DNA from: Candidatus Zixiibacteriota bacterium
GTDB taxonomy: Bacteria > Zixibacteria > MSB-5A5 > UBA10806 > 4484-95
Assembly: GCA_037441845.1 (NCBI GenBank)
Contig: JBBIRK010000001.1
Span: forward strand, 529,284-593,283
Direction: 5' to 3'
Length of the DNA: 64,000 nucleotides
The translations under genes were made by a program, and so were the position numbers. The notes beneath the pieces were generated by a model. It made no database searches and had not been told where the DNA came from. It saw only the letters and a list, made by a program, of their open reading frames with translations. Position 1 is the first letter of the stretch. Each line of letters opens with the position of its first letter. Positions 1-9,769 of the stretch are shown here, piece after piece.

Positions 1-447
1 ATTCTCAAAAAAGCGGGCAGGAAATTCGAATATCCGGTCGATTGGGGCAGCGACCTGCAGGCCGAACACGAACGATTTCTTTGCGAAAAGCATTTCAAGG
101 CGCCGGTTATGGTTTACAATTATCCCCGCGGCATCAAAGCTTTTTACATGCGGGTCAACGACGACGAAAAAACGGTCGCCGCCGTCGATATACTCGTGCC
201 TCAGGTTGGGGAAATTATCGGCGGCAGCCAGCGCGAGGAACGCCTCGACGTCTTACAAAATCAGATTCGCTCTTTCGGTCTGAACGAAAAAGTTTTGGAT
301 TGGTATCTGGATTTGCGCCGTTTCGGGACGGTTCCACACGCCGGTTTCGGCCTCGGATTCGCCCGGGTCCTGATGTATATGTCCGGCCTGGCCAATATCC
401 GCGATGTCGTGCCGTATCCGAGAGTGCCTCGCTGGGCGAAATTTTAG
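1..447 (+). CDS. asnS: Asparagine--tRNA ligase, C-terminal part (5' truncated by window edge)
   Basis: Frame 1 is open from base 1: ...[13 protein letters not shown]...[16 protein letters not shown]...[12 protein letters not shown]...[22 protein letters not shown]. These are class IIb motifs typical of AsnRS. Confidence 0.95.
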   Translation: MLKKAGRKFEYPVDWGSDLQAEHERFLCEKHFKAPVMVYNYPRGIKAFYMRVNDDEKTVAAVDILVPQVGEIIGGSQREERLDVLQNQIRSFGLNEKVLDWYLDLRRFGTVPHAGFGLGFARVLMYMSGLANIRDVVPYPRVPRWAKF

Positions 448-464
448 GGACGATAAATTTGACT

Positions 465-492
465 TTGACTTGCGGATCGGCGGCCTTATTAT
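465..492 (+). promoter_or_regulatory. Putative sigma70 promoter of tRNA-Val
   Basis: TTGACT-N16-TATTAT ending 9 nt before the tRNA. Confidence 0.55.
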
Positions 493-501
493 GGCCGGTG
501 C

Positions 502-575
502 GGGCGGTTAACTCAGTTGGTTAGAGTACCTGCCTTACACGCAGGGTGTCACAGGTTCGACTCCTGTACCGCCCA
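502..575 (+). tRNA. tRNA-Val(TAC)
   Basis: Acceptor stem GGGCGGT/ACCGCCC, anticodon arm CCTGC-CTTACAC-GCAGG, T-loop GGTTCGACTCC. CCA is not encoded. Confidence 0.97.
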
Positions 576-715
576 TTGAAACGGCGGCCGATTACGACGT
601 GACCTTTCGTGTCGATATATACAATCAGATTCAAGTCCGATATTAGAGTGAACGAACCGTTGCCGAATTCGTCTTGCGATTTTTTCGCGGGTCGATCAGG
701 GAGAAGGATTTGACT

Positions 716-1810
716 TTGAAAAAAATTGATTTGGTGGTGGGGGCGCGCCCTAATTTCATGAAAGCCGCTCCCCTCATGGACGCTCTGGCGAAGCGCCCCG
801 AAATTTTCAAGCCGCGCTTGATACACACCGGCCAACATTACGACTACGACCTTTCCCGTCTTTTTTTCGAACAGCTGAAAATGAAAGAACCGGACATCTA
901 CCTGGGCGTGGGATCGGGAACACAGGCCCAGCAGACTGCGCGGATAATGATCGAACTGGAAAAAGTGCTGCTTGAATCGAAACCTGATTTGGTGGTGGTT
1001 TTCGGCGATGTCAATTCCACGATGGCGGCGGCTATCGTGGCGGCGAAGTTATGGATAAGGGTGGCGCATGTGGAAGCGGGCTTGCGCAGTTTCGACAACA
1101 CCATGCCCGAGGAAATCAATCGGATCGTCACCGACCGCCTGTCGGATCTGCTGTTCGTAACCGAAAAATCGGGGCTGGAAAATCTAAAAAAAGAGGGAGT
1201 ACCCGCCGAGCGGGTATTTTTCACCGGCAATATAATGATCGATTCGCTGGTGAAAAATCTCGAAATCGCCCGCCGCTCGCCGATCGTCGAAAATCTCGGC
1301 CTGGCCAAAGACGATTATGTCGCGCTGACTCTGCATCGGCCGTCGAATGTCGATGATCCCGTGGTCCTGAAAAAAATCATCGAAATCCTAACCCGAATAG
1401 GCCGGAAAATACCGATCGTTTTTCCTTGCCACCCACGAACCCAAAAGCGCATGGAGGAGTTCGGTCTGAGATCAGCGATTGACGATAAGGCGATTAAAAT
1501 AATCGATCCGCTCGGATATATCGATTTCTTGCGCCTTCAGGCCGATGCCAAATTCGTGCTGACCGATTCCGGTGGGGTCCAAGAAGAGACCACTTTCCTT
1601 AAAATCCCTTGCATAACGCTTCGCCGAACCACCGAAAGACCGATAACCTGTGAAATCGGCAGTAATTTTCTGGTGGGCGATGATTACGACCTTCTTATGA
1701 AAACCGCCGACGATATCATGAGCGGCAAAATCAAAGAAGGAAAAATCCCCGATCTGTGGGACGGCAAGACCGCTGAAAGAATCGTCGATATCCTGGCTCA
1801 AAAGGCCTAA
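716..1810 (+). CDS. wecB: UDP-N-acetylglucosamine 2-epimerase (non-hydrolysing)
   Basis: VGARPNFMK, HTGQHYD, GDVNST, HVEAGLRSFD..MPEEINR and TDSGGVQEE motifs. The start is probably TTG at 710 or 716, after GGAGAAGG. Confidence 0.93.
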   Translation: MKKIDLVVGARPNFMKAAPLMDALAKRPEIFKPRLIHTGQHYDYDLSRLFFEQLKMKEPDIYLGVGSGTQAQQTARIMIELEKVLLESKPDLVVVFGDVNSTMAAAIVAAKLWIRVAHVEAGLRSFDNTMPEEINRIVTDRLSDLLFVTEKSGLENLKKEGVPAERVFFTGNIMIDSLVKNLEIARRSPIVENLGLAKDDYVALTLHRPSNVDDPVVLKKIIEILTRIGRKIPIVFPCHPRTQKRMEEFGLRSAIDDKAIKIIDPLGYIDFLRLQADAKFVLTDSGGVQEETTFLKIPCITLRRTTERPITCEIGSNFLVGDDYDLLMKTADDIMSGKIKEGKIPDLWDGKTAERIVDILAQKA

Positions 1811-2047
1811 CTCCGCCCGATCCACCGACATACTACCCGGGCCGGGATGATCCTCGACACCACCGACGATAGGCGGTATTCATTACCTATACGCACCTTT
1901 CCCGAAAGCGAAAAATACGCATCGTTGGCGCCGAAACGAGTCGATTACGAAACCGGCGAGGCAAAACAGCGGAATTCCCCATACCACCAGGACAAGCACT
2001 ATCGCCCCAGCTCCATATGCGGCGTTATAGTCGATGATATTAAAACT

Positions 2048-3442
2048 CTAATTTCCCGACCAGCCAGCCAAGCGCGCCAGCATCCACCAGAATGCCATCC
2101 CTTTGCGGTAGCAGTTCAAACAATGCGAATGCGAGCAATTGGCGCAGGTGGGACAAGGATGAGAGTTACACCAGTCGTAACACCATTCGCAGATATCGTG
2201 TGTCCCCGGATAATAGTTGCCGTCGGGATCATGACACTCGATATCGCTGAAATCGAACAATATCTTCCCGTTGGCGCGACAATAATTGCGAATCAACGTG
2301 TTATGCCCATACATCTCGTTGCCGGAACCATCGAGCGGGCCGGTCATATACACGAACGCTACTCCGGGATAATCCCGACCGAGATCGTCGAGTTTATTCA
2401 AGTAAGCGTAAATGCCGGCGGAATCGTTATGGCCGCGCACCAACCCGATACACCAGGAATACATCACGACGTCGATCTCGGGATGCGCGTCTAAATATAC
2501 CCTGGTCGGAGGCGCCCACGAGGTGTCGCCCCATTCGCCCAAATCATCGGCGACTTCATGGATCGAAGGCAAAGAATAAAGTGAATCCTGGTCGCGTAAA
2601 ATCGTCATTCCCTGGATAAGTTGACCCCCATGAGAAGAATGCGCATAATATATCCGGAGGTCGCTGCGGATACGCCTGATTATCGAATCCGGTATCGCGG
2701 AGAACCGGCTGACGATAAAATGATCGGCCACGATCGCCGATTCCGTATCGGCCGTGTCGGTCACGGTTATCGTCATGCGCATGGTATCGGCCAGAGCATT
2801 GGCAAAAGCGACAAATGTCAACTCATAATCGCCGACTTGCTGCATCGAAGGCTGAAAAGTCAACCCTCCGATTCCGTTCGATGAATCGATGAAAACGGCG
2901 TTCGCCGGCAGACCGAGCCCAAACAAAAAAATCGGGTCTCCGGGGCTGTCCGTGGCGGTTATCCGCTGACCAAGCCGCTGTCCGACCCGAATCGTCGCCG
3001 GAGCGATCGGATCCAACAAAGGCGGCGTGTCCCCAGCAATCTCGCATCCCGGAAAACCAATCGGCCGCGATTGGGGTAGCGAATCGGGTGTGGGCCATAG
3101 GGGAACGAATCGAGAACAATAACGGACGTCCACCTGACCTTTCAAATAGCCGACCAAGCGCGACACGTCGCTGCCCCTCACCTGACAATCGCCGTTGACA
3201 TCGGCGGCCGCCCAGAACGTATCCAAAGGGCATTTGACGCTGGTTATCCGTTGTTTGAGATAATTGATCAGATAAGTAACATCGGCGGTCTGCACCGATG
3301 GCGGCCAGTTGCCGTAGTACATATTGACGTCACCGGGTAGATATTGATAAGTCTGGCAGAAAGCTTCACCCCCAAGCCCCGATAAAGCGACAAACAGGCT
3401 CACGACCATCGGAACAAAATATCGGTCGGCTGATTTTTTCAT
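2048..3442 (-). CDS. Secreted protein: N-terminal dockerin-like domain, Ig/cadherin-like domain, C-terminal putative SGNH-like hydrolase domain
   Basis: Signal peptide and RBS GAGGAG. Paired GDVN.../ADVNGDCQVRGSDV repeats, an Ig-like middle segment, and a C-terminal HSSHGGQ...DVVMYSWC...HSHCLNC...WWMLARLAGW domain. Confidence 0.7.
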   Translation of the reverse strand: MKKSADRYFVPMVVSLFVALSGLGGEAFCQTYQYLPGDVNMYYGNWPPSVQTADVTYLINYLKQRITSVKCPLDTFWAAADVNGDCQVRGSDVSRLVGYLKGQVDVRYCSRFVPLWPTPDSLPQSRPIGFPGCEIAGDTPPLLDPIAPATIRVGQRLGQRITATDSPGDPIFLFGLGLPANAVFIDSSNGIGGLTFQPSMQQVGDYELTFVAFANALADTMRMTITVTDTADTESAIVADHFIVSRFSAIPDSIIRRIRSDLRIYYAHSSHGGQLIQGMTILRDQDSLYSLPSIHEVADDLGEWGDTSWAPPTRVYLDAHPEIDVVMYSWCIGLVRGHNDSAGIYAYLNKLDDLGRDYPGVAFVYMTGPLDGSGNEMYGHNTLIRNYCRANGKILFDFSDIECHDPDGNYYPGTHDICEWCYDWCNSHPCPTCANCSHSHCLNCYRKGMAFWWMLARLAGWSGN

Positions 3443-3635
3443 CTATCTACTCCTCGCGTTCAGATCCATCCGAATAGCCGACGCCGCTTCAAATCGTCAT
3501 GATTTTGCCGGCCCTTTATTGAAACCCGGCCGCGCCGGGCAACCGAAGTAAGTTAATTATAGCACACTCGCGGGCTTTCCGCAAAGGAAAACGGCGGTTA
3601 TTGTGAATAAAAAGCGGAAGTGTTTATGAACGAAA

Positions 3636-4599
3636 TTATTTCAACAACACCATGCGTATGATTTGCCTGCCGTAGCGTGTAGTCAATTGGGCGAAATAAA
3701 CACCCGAGGGATAAGCCGAACCGTTCCAGACGATTTCATGGTTCCCCGCATCGCGATATCCCGCAAAAAGCGATTCGATCTTCTGTCCGGCGATATTGTA
3801 GATGGAGATATCGAGTGCGCTCGAACGTTCAAGTGAGCAGCAGATTATAGTCGAGCCGTTGAAAGGATTGGGATAGTTTTGTAACAAGGCAAACTGCGTC
3901 GGAAATTGCTCACTTTCACTTTCGATTTCCGTGGCGGTCAGCCAGCGCATAACTTCGCCCAGATAGTCGGCTCGGCTGTTCGGTCCCGAATCGTCGAATA
4001 TCGAAAAGTAATAAGAAGTCAGGAAAACCCGAAACGGCCTATCGATCGCCAGCGGGAGGGTATGGCATGACGGCATATCGCTTTGGCATCAAAAAGCGCA
4101 TTCCCCTGCCAGACCGATCATCGGAAAAGAGCTTGGCCGGTTGTGAACAATCAAGGATTCGGGGCGGTTGCAAGAATAAACGGCCGTAAAATAGGGGGGA
4201 TTACAAGTGGTTATATCAAAGCCGCCGAGAATGCAATTGCGATAATAATCGTTCAATTGAACCGACACCCTCCCAATAGAGCGATCCGCCGCGGATCAAA
4301 TAATCAGTTAACTGGTCTTGCAGCAACGCCAGCAGGCTGTCGGCAACATGGCTATAGTCGTTGCCGGGTTCCCCGAATTCGGAAATTATGAACAGCGGCT
4401 CATACTGGTCGAGATTCCCTAGTAAAATCCCGAGATCCGTTTCCAGCCGGCCTGAGTATTGAGCCGATTGGAAAACTCGATGGAGGTCATCGCCTGAAGA
4501 GGAGCCGATAGGATTCCAAATAAAGTAGGGAAGAGCCATGGCGGTCGAACATATGATAAGAATTTGGAAAGCCGCGAATATCTTGGCTATCCTCGTCAT
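3636..4599 (-). pseudogene. Disrupted secreted protein with T9SS-type C-terminal sorting domain (frameshift near 4260 plus in-frame TGA at 4089-4091)
   Basis: The 5' part has an RBS (GAGGA), a signal peptide and YLIRGGSLYWEG. The frame of the QNYPNPFN...SGVYF...MVLLK fragment is open from 4295 to 4092, hits one TGA, then continues to 3636. Confidence 0.7.
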
Positions 4600-4758
4600 A
4601 TATTCCTCTTGTTAATTTTGTTAAGCCCCTTACACCGCTCAGATAAAATTAATGGAGCGACAAATCCATAGTCAAGCAAGATGTGGCGCCATGCTTCGAT
4701 CTTTACGACTGTTTTCTTGCTGTAGTATATTACGATTTATGTAATCGACTATTCGGCT

Positions 4759-5967
4759 CTATTCTCCCTTGAAATACTGGATGTAGGTATCGTTGTGGAT
4801 TTCGCCGGTCCGGCCATCTTCCCAGGGACCTGAAATGGCAATCCGGATAATAAAACCATCGTCCGTGCCCGTAAAGACCGCCGTTTTGTCATCGCCGCCG
4901 ATCGAGCCTAATTTATTGACCTTCTCGAAAAATGCGCTGACCTTTTTCACGCTGTCGTTGGTTCGATAAACGAAAACATCTTGACCGAGCGAGAATCGGG
5001 CAAATTCGGTTTGTTCGGGATCGAATTTCGCTCCGGGATAAACCGGAACGCCGAAATGCATCGATTGTTGCGGGGCGTTGGATTCTTTGAACGGATTGAC
5101 TTTGCGTTTGACCAGCTCGACCCGTCGGTTTTTCGCCCTTCCTTGTTCGGTGGCGTTGTCGGCGATGGGTCTGCTTTCGCCGTAGCCGATCGCGGTCATC
5201 CGCCTCTGGTCGATCCCGAGCGAGGCTATGGCGCCTACCACCTCTTTGGCCCGCGCCTCCGAAAGGAGCTGGTTGTCCTTTTCCTCGCCGACATTATCGG
5301 TGTGCCCCTCGATATTCAGCTCCAACGATTCATCCAAGCGCATCATTTGCACGATCTGCTGAATTATCGGGTGCGACTCTTCCTTGATAACCGATCGATT
5401 AGTGTCGAAATTTATGTAAAGAGTAACATAACCGTCGCGATTGATCGCCTCGAGCATACCGGAAGCGGTGACATCCTGTTTCATCGATTCTTTCTCGACC
5501 AATGTGAGATAATAGCCGAGTCCATCGTCGAAAGCCAAAACTTCGACCCAAAGTTCACCGCCGCCCTTAAGCACTCTGCCCACCACCATAGGATAGCCGG
5601 CGTTGCTGTTGCAGCGGGGATCTTCGGGGCAGGTTCCCTCGAACGAAATCGATCCGCCCATCTGCTTTATGGCGTTGACATAATTACGCAGTATTTGGAT
5701 TTCGCTTGCCGATTCCGCCCCCTCTTTCAAGGTGTAATAACGGAACATCTTTTTGCCTTCCATTACGGTGCAATCCTTGCCGTTAAAGAACGTGTAGGCG
5801 TCGAACTGCTTGTCGTCGGATTCGAAAATGCCGTAATTCGGCATACCCGAAAAGTAGGGGGTGTCTTTGGCGGCCGGTGCCGAGCTTTCTTCCTCATCCT
5901 GCGCCGCGGAAATGCCCGCCGACAATAAAAATAGCCCCGCGATAATCAGCAATTCTCTGATTTTCAT
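4759..5967 (-). CDS. OmpA-family peptidoglycan-binding protein with N- and C-terminal extra domains
   Basis: Signal peptide, RBS AAGGAG, and INFDT...IEGHTDNVG...NQLLSEARA...GYGESRPIADNATEQGRAKNRRVE (OmpA_C). Confidence 0.9.
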   Translation of the reverse strand: MKIRELLIIAGLFLLSAGISAAQDEEESSAPAAKDTPYFSGMPNYGIFESDDKQFDAYTFFNGKDCTVMEGKKMFRYYTLKEGAESASEIQILRNYVNAIKQMGGSISFEGTCPEDPRCNSNAGYPMVVGRVLKGGGELWVEVLAFDDGLGYYLTLVEKESMKQDVTASGMLEAINRDGYVTLYINFDTNRSVIKEESHPIIQQIVQMMRLDESLELNIEGHTDNVGEEKDNQLLSEARAKEVVGAIASLGIDQRRMTAIGYGESRPIADNATEQGRAKNRRVELVKRKVNPFKESNAPQQSMHFGVPVYPGAKFDPEQTEFARFSLGQDVFVYRTNDSVKKVSAFFEKVNKLGSIGGDDKTAVFTGTDDGFIIRIAISGPWEDGRTGEIHNDTYIQYFKGE

Positions 5968-6052
5968 GGTCGCTCCTTTTTATAAATCATAATCGATTAT
6001 TTTCCTGCTTGATCGTCGGCATGGGCCGAATTTCCCGACATCTGCCGATTCT

Positions 6053-8362
6053 TTATTTCGTTCCTTCCCCGATAATGCCGATTACCTCTCCGATTCGGTG
6101 AATCGGCTGACTGCAACGATTGAGTGAGTCGCTCATGCTCCCGAATTCTCTGCCGTGTCTCACGAAATTATTTTTCAATTCGAGCATCTCCGGCAGTGCC
6201 CCGCGAAACGCGCGAACCTTTGCCGTTTCCGGCAGCGATAATGCCTGTTCCAATTGATCGAACAACTGTAAAGTGGAATTAGTGGTGGTGCGCATAGGTT
6301 CAAAAGTATTTTGATTGAATTGACCAAAACATGGCAGGAATCCGTCTATATCTTGACCGATTCCGCCGATCCCCTCTGGAGTCCCTTGCCAGCTTGTCGT
6401 ATCCCAACGATCACAGCCGCAATCGGTCGGAAATCCTCCGCCCTGCGGCGGCGGTGGTGGGGGCGGTGGGGGTTCGATAATTATATCATCTCCCGGCCCT
6501 TGGGGCTCGGGCGGCTCCGCCGGTGGGGGAGGAGGCGGTTCTGGTGGAGGGGGCGGTGATGGCTGGGGTGGCGGCGGCTCGGCCGGAGGAGGAGGATGGG
6601 GTGGTTCTGGAGGTGGCTCCGGAGGCTTCGGTTCGGTAGGTTCCGGCCCGCCGAAATCCTTGCATAACTCGACCTGTCGGCGGTTGGCGTCATCATACTG
6701 CTCCTGCAATTCTTTCTGCCTTCGCAAAGACTTCTCAAGCGCCTGGCAACCGGCTTTTATTACGTCGAGATCGTGACCGACCTCCAAGCCGGCTTGGCCG
6801 TATTCTACCAAATCCGCGATTATGCCAATTGTCATTTTTTTCACGAAATTGATTTGCATTTTGATATACATATCCACTAATGACCAACGTCCGGTCCAGG
6901 TGCCCTCCTCGGTAACATCATGCAATTGCTGAATCACTTCGGAAACGATATCGAGAGCCCCACCGCCCTCCGCGCCGGCCGCCGAAACAAAGATCCCCAA
7001 CGCTTTCGCCCCCATTTTTGTCATATGTCGGTCGGTCTCCCTCAGCGCCCTGTTGAATTCGGGATCGTCTCGGATACGCAGCACATCCTTAAGATTTTCA
7101 TCTTTCTGTTTCTTCAAGTCCTCGATTTTCTGCTGTAATCTCCGCTTGGTCTCCTGGTCGCAAGGGACCACCTCGATGGTGATTAAGTGTTCGTCTTTGT
7201 GGCCGCAACGGGTCTGACCCTGGGCCGTAGTCACCCCCTCCTGCTTGCCGGTGATCTGCAGTGAACTACCGCTATTGCCGACGGTGGCTACGTTTTGATC
7301 GGTGACCTCGAAAATCAGCAGATCCGCACCGGCCGGATCCTGCACGATGGGGACGTTTATCACCGCCTCTTTACGATTGCCGTCTTCGTCGTATAGGCCG
7401 ATCTGAGGTATTGGAGCTCCGCCATTGACTGAAAGAAGTTCGACCACGCTGCCCACAAGTTTCACCGATGATTTTTGTCCCCTAGGTGATTCATACTCGA
7501 CACGGATTCCCCCGCGCCCGGGATTGTTTCCGGTTATGGTAATCGTTTTCCCCGATCCGGATATGTTGAAAAGCGATGCCGGTTCCGATATCCAACGATA
7601 GGTGCCGCCCTCGGGCTTGGCGCTGGCGGTCATCTGGGTCTCCGAACCTATGAGCAAATCGGTGCAACCCTCCAAAGAAATTTTGGATTCCTCGGGTGGA
7701 CGCGATCGGATTATCACGCGGCCGTTGCCGTCAAGCGGGCAGTAAAAAGGGGCATCGCCGTTGAATTCGTATTCATATGATTTTTCGAATTCACCCTTTA
7801 ACTCGTCACGGGTTAAAGAAATGGCAAAATCGGTCTTGTAATCGATACTTCCGAAATAATGCTCGAATGTCATCTCCTCTTCGGTTCGACCCTCTTTGGA
7901 GCTGTGCACGCAGACACCCCAATCGAAAGTATGTATCACCAGGTCGCTCAACCCCGTATCGAGGTTCATCCGAAGCGTCACCTGGGTATGAGGATTGGAC
8001 CCGACCCGGCAATTGGTAGTGGAAACGGTGCTGCCGTAGACCGGGTCGATACTTGAGCAAGTTTGCAGATTCAGCGTGAATGGAAGATCATCGCCGACGA
8101 AACCGATCATAGAAGTATCGTCGAAAACCATCGGCTCGAGCAAACCCTCCATATGAAAAGAAAGTTGTCCTCCCCTGAATGCCGTTTCGCCGTCTTGTAG
8201 TTGACCCCGGACATCCCAGGAGAACCAGATGCGCTCATCATCATTACCCCGCAACGGTTCGACTTGCGACCGCGCAACCTCCGGTACAGCCGACAAAATG
8301 ACGACTACAGCCACTATAAATGCGCGATAAGCGTAACGGAGAACGTTCGATTTATAAGGCAT
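6053..8362 (-). CDS. Secreted hypothetical protein (Ig-like domains, coiled coil, long Pro-rich linker)
   Basis: 769 aa ORF with signal peptide, beta-rich N-terminal half, helical/coiled-coil segment and PEPPPP tract (~6450-6650). Confidence 0.75.
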   Translation of the reverse strand: MPYKSNVLRYAYRAFIVAVVVILSAVPEVARSQVEPLRGNDDERIWFSWDVRGQLQDGETAFRGGQLSFHMEGLLEPMVFDDTSMIGFVGDDLPFTLNLQTCSSIDPVYGSTVSTTNCRVGSNPHTQVTLRMNLDTGLSDLVIHTFDWGVCVHSSKEGRTEEEMTFEHYFGSIDYKTDFAISLTRDELKGEFEKSYEYEFNGDAPFYCPLDGNGRVIIRSRPPEESKISLEGCTDLLIGSETQMTASAKPEGGTYRWISEPASLFNISGSGKTITITGNNPGRGGIRVEYESPRGQKSSVKLVGSVVELLSVNGGAPIPQIGLYDEDGNRKEAVINVPIVQDPAGADLLIFEVTDQNVATVGNSGSSLQITGKQEGVTTAQGQTRCGHKDEHLITIEVVPCDQETKRRLQQKIEDLKKQKDENLKDVLRIRDDPEFNRALRETDRHMTKMGAKALGIFVSAAGAEGGGALDIVSEVIQQLHDVTEEGTWTGRWSLVDMYIKMQINFVKKMTIGIIADLVEYGQAGLEVGHDLDVIKAGCQALEKSLRRQKELQEQYDDANRRQVELCKDFGGPEPTEPKPPEPPPEPPHPPPPAEPPPPQPSPPPPPEPPPPPPAEPPEPQGPGDDIIIEPPPPPPPPPQGGGFPTDCGCDRWDTTSWQGTPEGIGGIGQDIDGFLPCFGQFNQNTFEPMRTTTNSTLQLFDQLEQALSLPETAKVRAFRGALPEMLELKNNFVRHGREFGSMSDSLNRCSQPIHRIGEVIGIIGEGTK

Positions 8363-8677
8363 ATCTTGCCTTTTTAGATGATTGTTTGCCGAAAAATAAC
8401 GATAATCGAGTTGAGTCCGTCAATTACAAGCCTTCGCTAGGGACAAAATGGCGCGGCGATCAGAAATGAGCCCGAATCCTAATGAGCTCCGCATTATCGA
8501 ATCGGCCCGAAAGATAGCATGGGCCAAAAAAGCGATTTTTCATTTGATAATATGCGGCAAGCTGGGCAATGTCAAGCTATTTGCCCCGTTTTGTCCATAA
8601 AGACAGGGAAAATTGTGGGTCGAAAGATGGCGGAAGATCGGGGATGCGTCCTTGTCTTTATCGTGTCCCCTTTGAAC

Positions 8678-8705
8678 TTGACAAACATAAGCCATTTATT
8701 ATCTT
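8678..8705 (+). promoter_or_regulatory. Putative sigma70 promoter of tRNA-Gln-prs operon
   Basis: TTGACA-N16-TATCTT. Confidence 0.6.
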
Positions 8706-8722
8706 ATTTTTTTGCGAAAAAT

Positions 8723-8794
8723 TGGGGCGTCGACAAGCGGTAAGTCACCAGCCTTTGGAGCTGGCATCCCCAGGTTCGAATCCTGGCGCCCCAG
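8723..8794 (+). tRNA. tRNA-Gln(TTG)
   Basis: Acceptor stem TGGGGCG/CGCCCCA, anticodon arm CCAGC-CTTTGGA-GCTGG, T-arm CCAGG-TTCGAAT-CCTGG. Sits in the usual position upstream of prs. Confidence 0.96.
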
Positions 8795-8827
8795 TTGAGG
8801 CTTGTCATAATTTACGAGGACACGGTT

Positions 8828-9763
8828 ATGCCGGATGAGTTAAGGATTTTCGCGGGCAATTCCAATCTTCCCCTGGCCAACAAGGTGGCCAGCTATATTC
8901 ATCAACCGCTTTCCGACTGTAAGATAAAGCGATTTTCGGATCATGAGATATTCGTCCAGATCGATGAAAATATCCGGGGCATGGATACTTTCATCATTCA
9001 ATCGACCAATCCACCGGCCGAAAATATACTCGAAATGCTGATCATGATCGATGCCGCTCATCGGGCCTCGGCAAGGAGGATCACTGCGGTGATTCCTTAT
9101 TTCGGCTATGCCCGGGCCGATCGCAAAGATCAGCCGCGCGTGTCGATCGTCTCCAAACTTATCGCCAATATGATCACGGTGGCGGGTGCCAATCGGGTTA
9201 TCCTGATGGATCTGCACGCCTCGCAGATTCAGGGGTTTTTCGATGTCCCCTCGGACCACCTCTATTCGGCGCGGGTGTTCAACCGTCATTTTCTCAAACA
9301 AGGATTAAGCGATCTGGTCGTCGTATCGCCGGATGTAGGATCGACCAAGCTGGCCCGGGCTTTTGCCAGTAAGCTCGACGCCAGTCTGGCAATCGTGGAC
9401 AAGCGCCGGCCCGAACCGAACAAAGCTGAAGTCATGAATATAATCGGTGATATCTACGGAAAAAACGTGATAATCAGAGACGATATGGTCGACACGGGGG
9501 GGACAATCGTCGAGGCGGCCGAGGCCTTGGCCAAAGCCGGCGCAAAATCGATAATCGCCTGTTGCACTCATGCCGTATTGTCGGGCGAAGCGATCGCGAG
9601 ACTCGACAAAAGCCCCATAGAAAAGTTTTACATTACCGATACCATAGACAACTCGGCCAAAAACCTGCCGCCCAAGTTCGAGATCTTATCGGTCGCCGAA
9701 CTGCTGGGTGAGGCGATTATGAGGATCCATTCCGAAAGATCGGTTTCGACCTTGTTCGATTGA
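8828..9763 (+). CDS. prs: Ribose-phosphate pyrophosphokinase
   Basis: PYFGYARADRK, DLHASQIQGFF, VVSPDVG and DDMVDTGGT motifs. Confidence 0.97.
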   Translation: MPDELRIFAGNSNLPLANKVASYIHQPLSDCKIKRFSDHEIFVQIDENIRGMDTFIIQSTNPPAENILEMLIMIDAAHRASARRITAVIPYFGYARADRKDQPRVSIVSKLIANMITVAGANRVILMDLHASQIQGFFDVPSDHLYSARVFNRHFLKQGLSDLVVVSPDVGSTKLARAFASKLDASLAIVDKRRPEPNKAEVMNIIGDIYGKNVIIRDDMVDTGGTIVEAAEALAKAGAKSIIACCTHAVLSGEAIARLDKSPIEKFYITDTIDNSAKNLPPKFEILSVAELLGEAIMRIHSERSVSTLFD

Positions 9764-9769
9764 TATTAC

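Noticed and set aside
3602..3610. Isolated perfect DnaA box (TGTGAATAA)
   Set aside because: A single 9-mer with no cluster is compatible with chance.
4089..4091. In-frame TGA among Cys residues as selenocysteine or alternative genetic code
   Set aside because: No convincing SECIS hairpin follows, the gene also has a frameshift, and TGA is a normal stop elsewhere in the window (prs, dinB, mlaD).
6440..6655. G-rich low-complexity tract as a regulatory repeat
   Set aside because: It is explained by the poly-proline linker encoded on the minus strand.
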